Origin: Octopus bimaculoides
Lineage: Eukaryota
DNA length: 64,000 nt
Assembly: GCF_001194135.2 (NCBI RefSeq)
Contig: NC_069000.1
Location: forward strand, 863,307 to 927,306
Reading direction: 5' to 3'
Shown here: one piece after another, positions 63,261-64,000 of the stretch
Layout: the number at the start of each line of letters is the position of its first letter
Position numbering within the stretch: position 1 is the first letter of the stretch
Notes under the pieces: model-generated
The model's database searches: none
Told to the model about the DNA's origin: nothing
The model's input: only the letters and a program-made list of their open reading frames with translations
Program-made: the position numbers and the translations under genes

Positions 63261-63900
63261 TTAAGAGATGTCGTCCTCCATCGCATTCTCATCACTGTCA
63301 GGAAGGGTGGTCGCTTCATCGGTGGTGAACGATTTCAGACTCTGGGAAGAGCGAGACTTCAAACAAGTTTGTGGATTTCCTCGACGCAACCTAAAAGCAA
63401 GTGGGGGAAAAGATAGAGACCGTTTTAATAACATGTCATGGCAGTAATGAAGATTTGGGGGGAAGAGTTTGTTTGTTGGCAAAGAAAGGGATAAAAGGTA
63501 AACTAAGAAAAGGAACTGATAAAAGCCCAGGTCGAGTAAACCAATGTTCAAAAGGTCTTCCAGCTGTGACCAACCAGTCTTCATTTCACACAGTGTATCT
63601 AGGCCTACATCATCCAGTGTGTGCTTCCTTTTACAATGAATGTGATTTGAGGGCAATTCAGCTGCTGTTTCTAACAGACCAAGCGACCATGTAGAGGTTT
63701 CCTTACTGTTGCATGGTAGCAAGTATATTAGGCAAAAATTGTGGAAGACTGTCAGAAGCTGGAGAGAAAATGACAGCAGGCGTGAAAGCCACTCACCTGC
63801 TTTGTAAATGTTCGATTTGGACTTGCAAGTTGCCCGCTTGCTCTTCATACTCTTCATTTGTACGTTGTAACTTACGAACATTATTTGCTTGAAGATCAGC
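63261..63900 (-). CDS. CCDC102A: CCDC102A-like, last two exons 63900-63797 and 63390-63261; gene continues beyond the window
   Basis: The phase-2 junction gives [42 protein letters not shown]...DENAMEDDIS*, matching the recalled [31 protein letters not shown]. Confidence 0.88.
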
Positions 63901-64000
63901 CTGAAACAGGACAACAACAGATCATGAGATGATGAGGATGAGAAAGTGGAGTATTACGAGTACTGCATAACTTTAAACCAATTCTGTCTTCTCAAATTCG

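Noticed and set aside
63401-63796. Middle of the 218-aa ORF 63261-63917
   Set aside because: Intronic; only the two flanking exons match CCDC102A, and the upstream exon is in a different frame.
1-64000. CRISPR arrays, rRNA genes, prokaryotic operons
   Set aside because: None seen; the repeats are simple tandem arrays or dispersed retroelements.

Overview
AT-rich, microsatellite- and retroelement-dense eukaryotic DNA with seven N-gaps. The RTE/SINE content suggests a coleoid cephalopod, probably Octopus (inference). I assembled exon chains by hand from GT-AG sites and phase: the 3' three exons of a CCDC153/DRC12 paralog (+, 960-3225), a complete PTPMT1 (-, 9849-4993), a complete CCDC153/DRC12 (-, 17448-13319), KIAA1328/hinderin (-, 30244 into the gap at 21285), an intronless tandem CARD-CARD-only ORF (+, 34385-35005), CEP152/Asterless (+, 43690-53837) and the last two exons of CCDC102A (-, 63900-63261). 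The most unusual structure is in the first 17.5 kb, an old inverted duplication of the CCDC153-PTPMT1 unit. Its flanks are diverged, but two short tracts are near-identical: 135 bp at the CCDC153 stop and 235 bp covering most of the PTPMT1 catalytic exon. This suggests gene conversion and could allow long dsRNA over the catalytic exon. Also found: three minimal Penelope-type hammerhead motifs (one sense in a PTPMT1 intron, one in a tRNA-headed SINE, one decayed), a candidate intronic H/ACA RNA, a young RTE family, a tRNA-Ile pseudogene and a candidate RFX X-box. No prokaryotic features or CRISPR arrays. Family names come from recalled motifs, not database searches.
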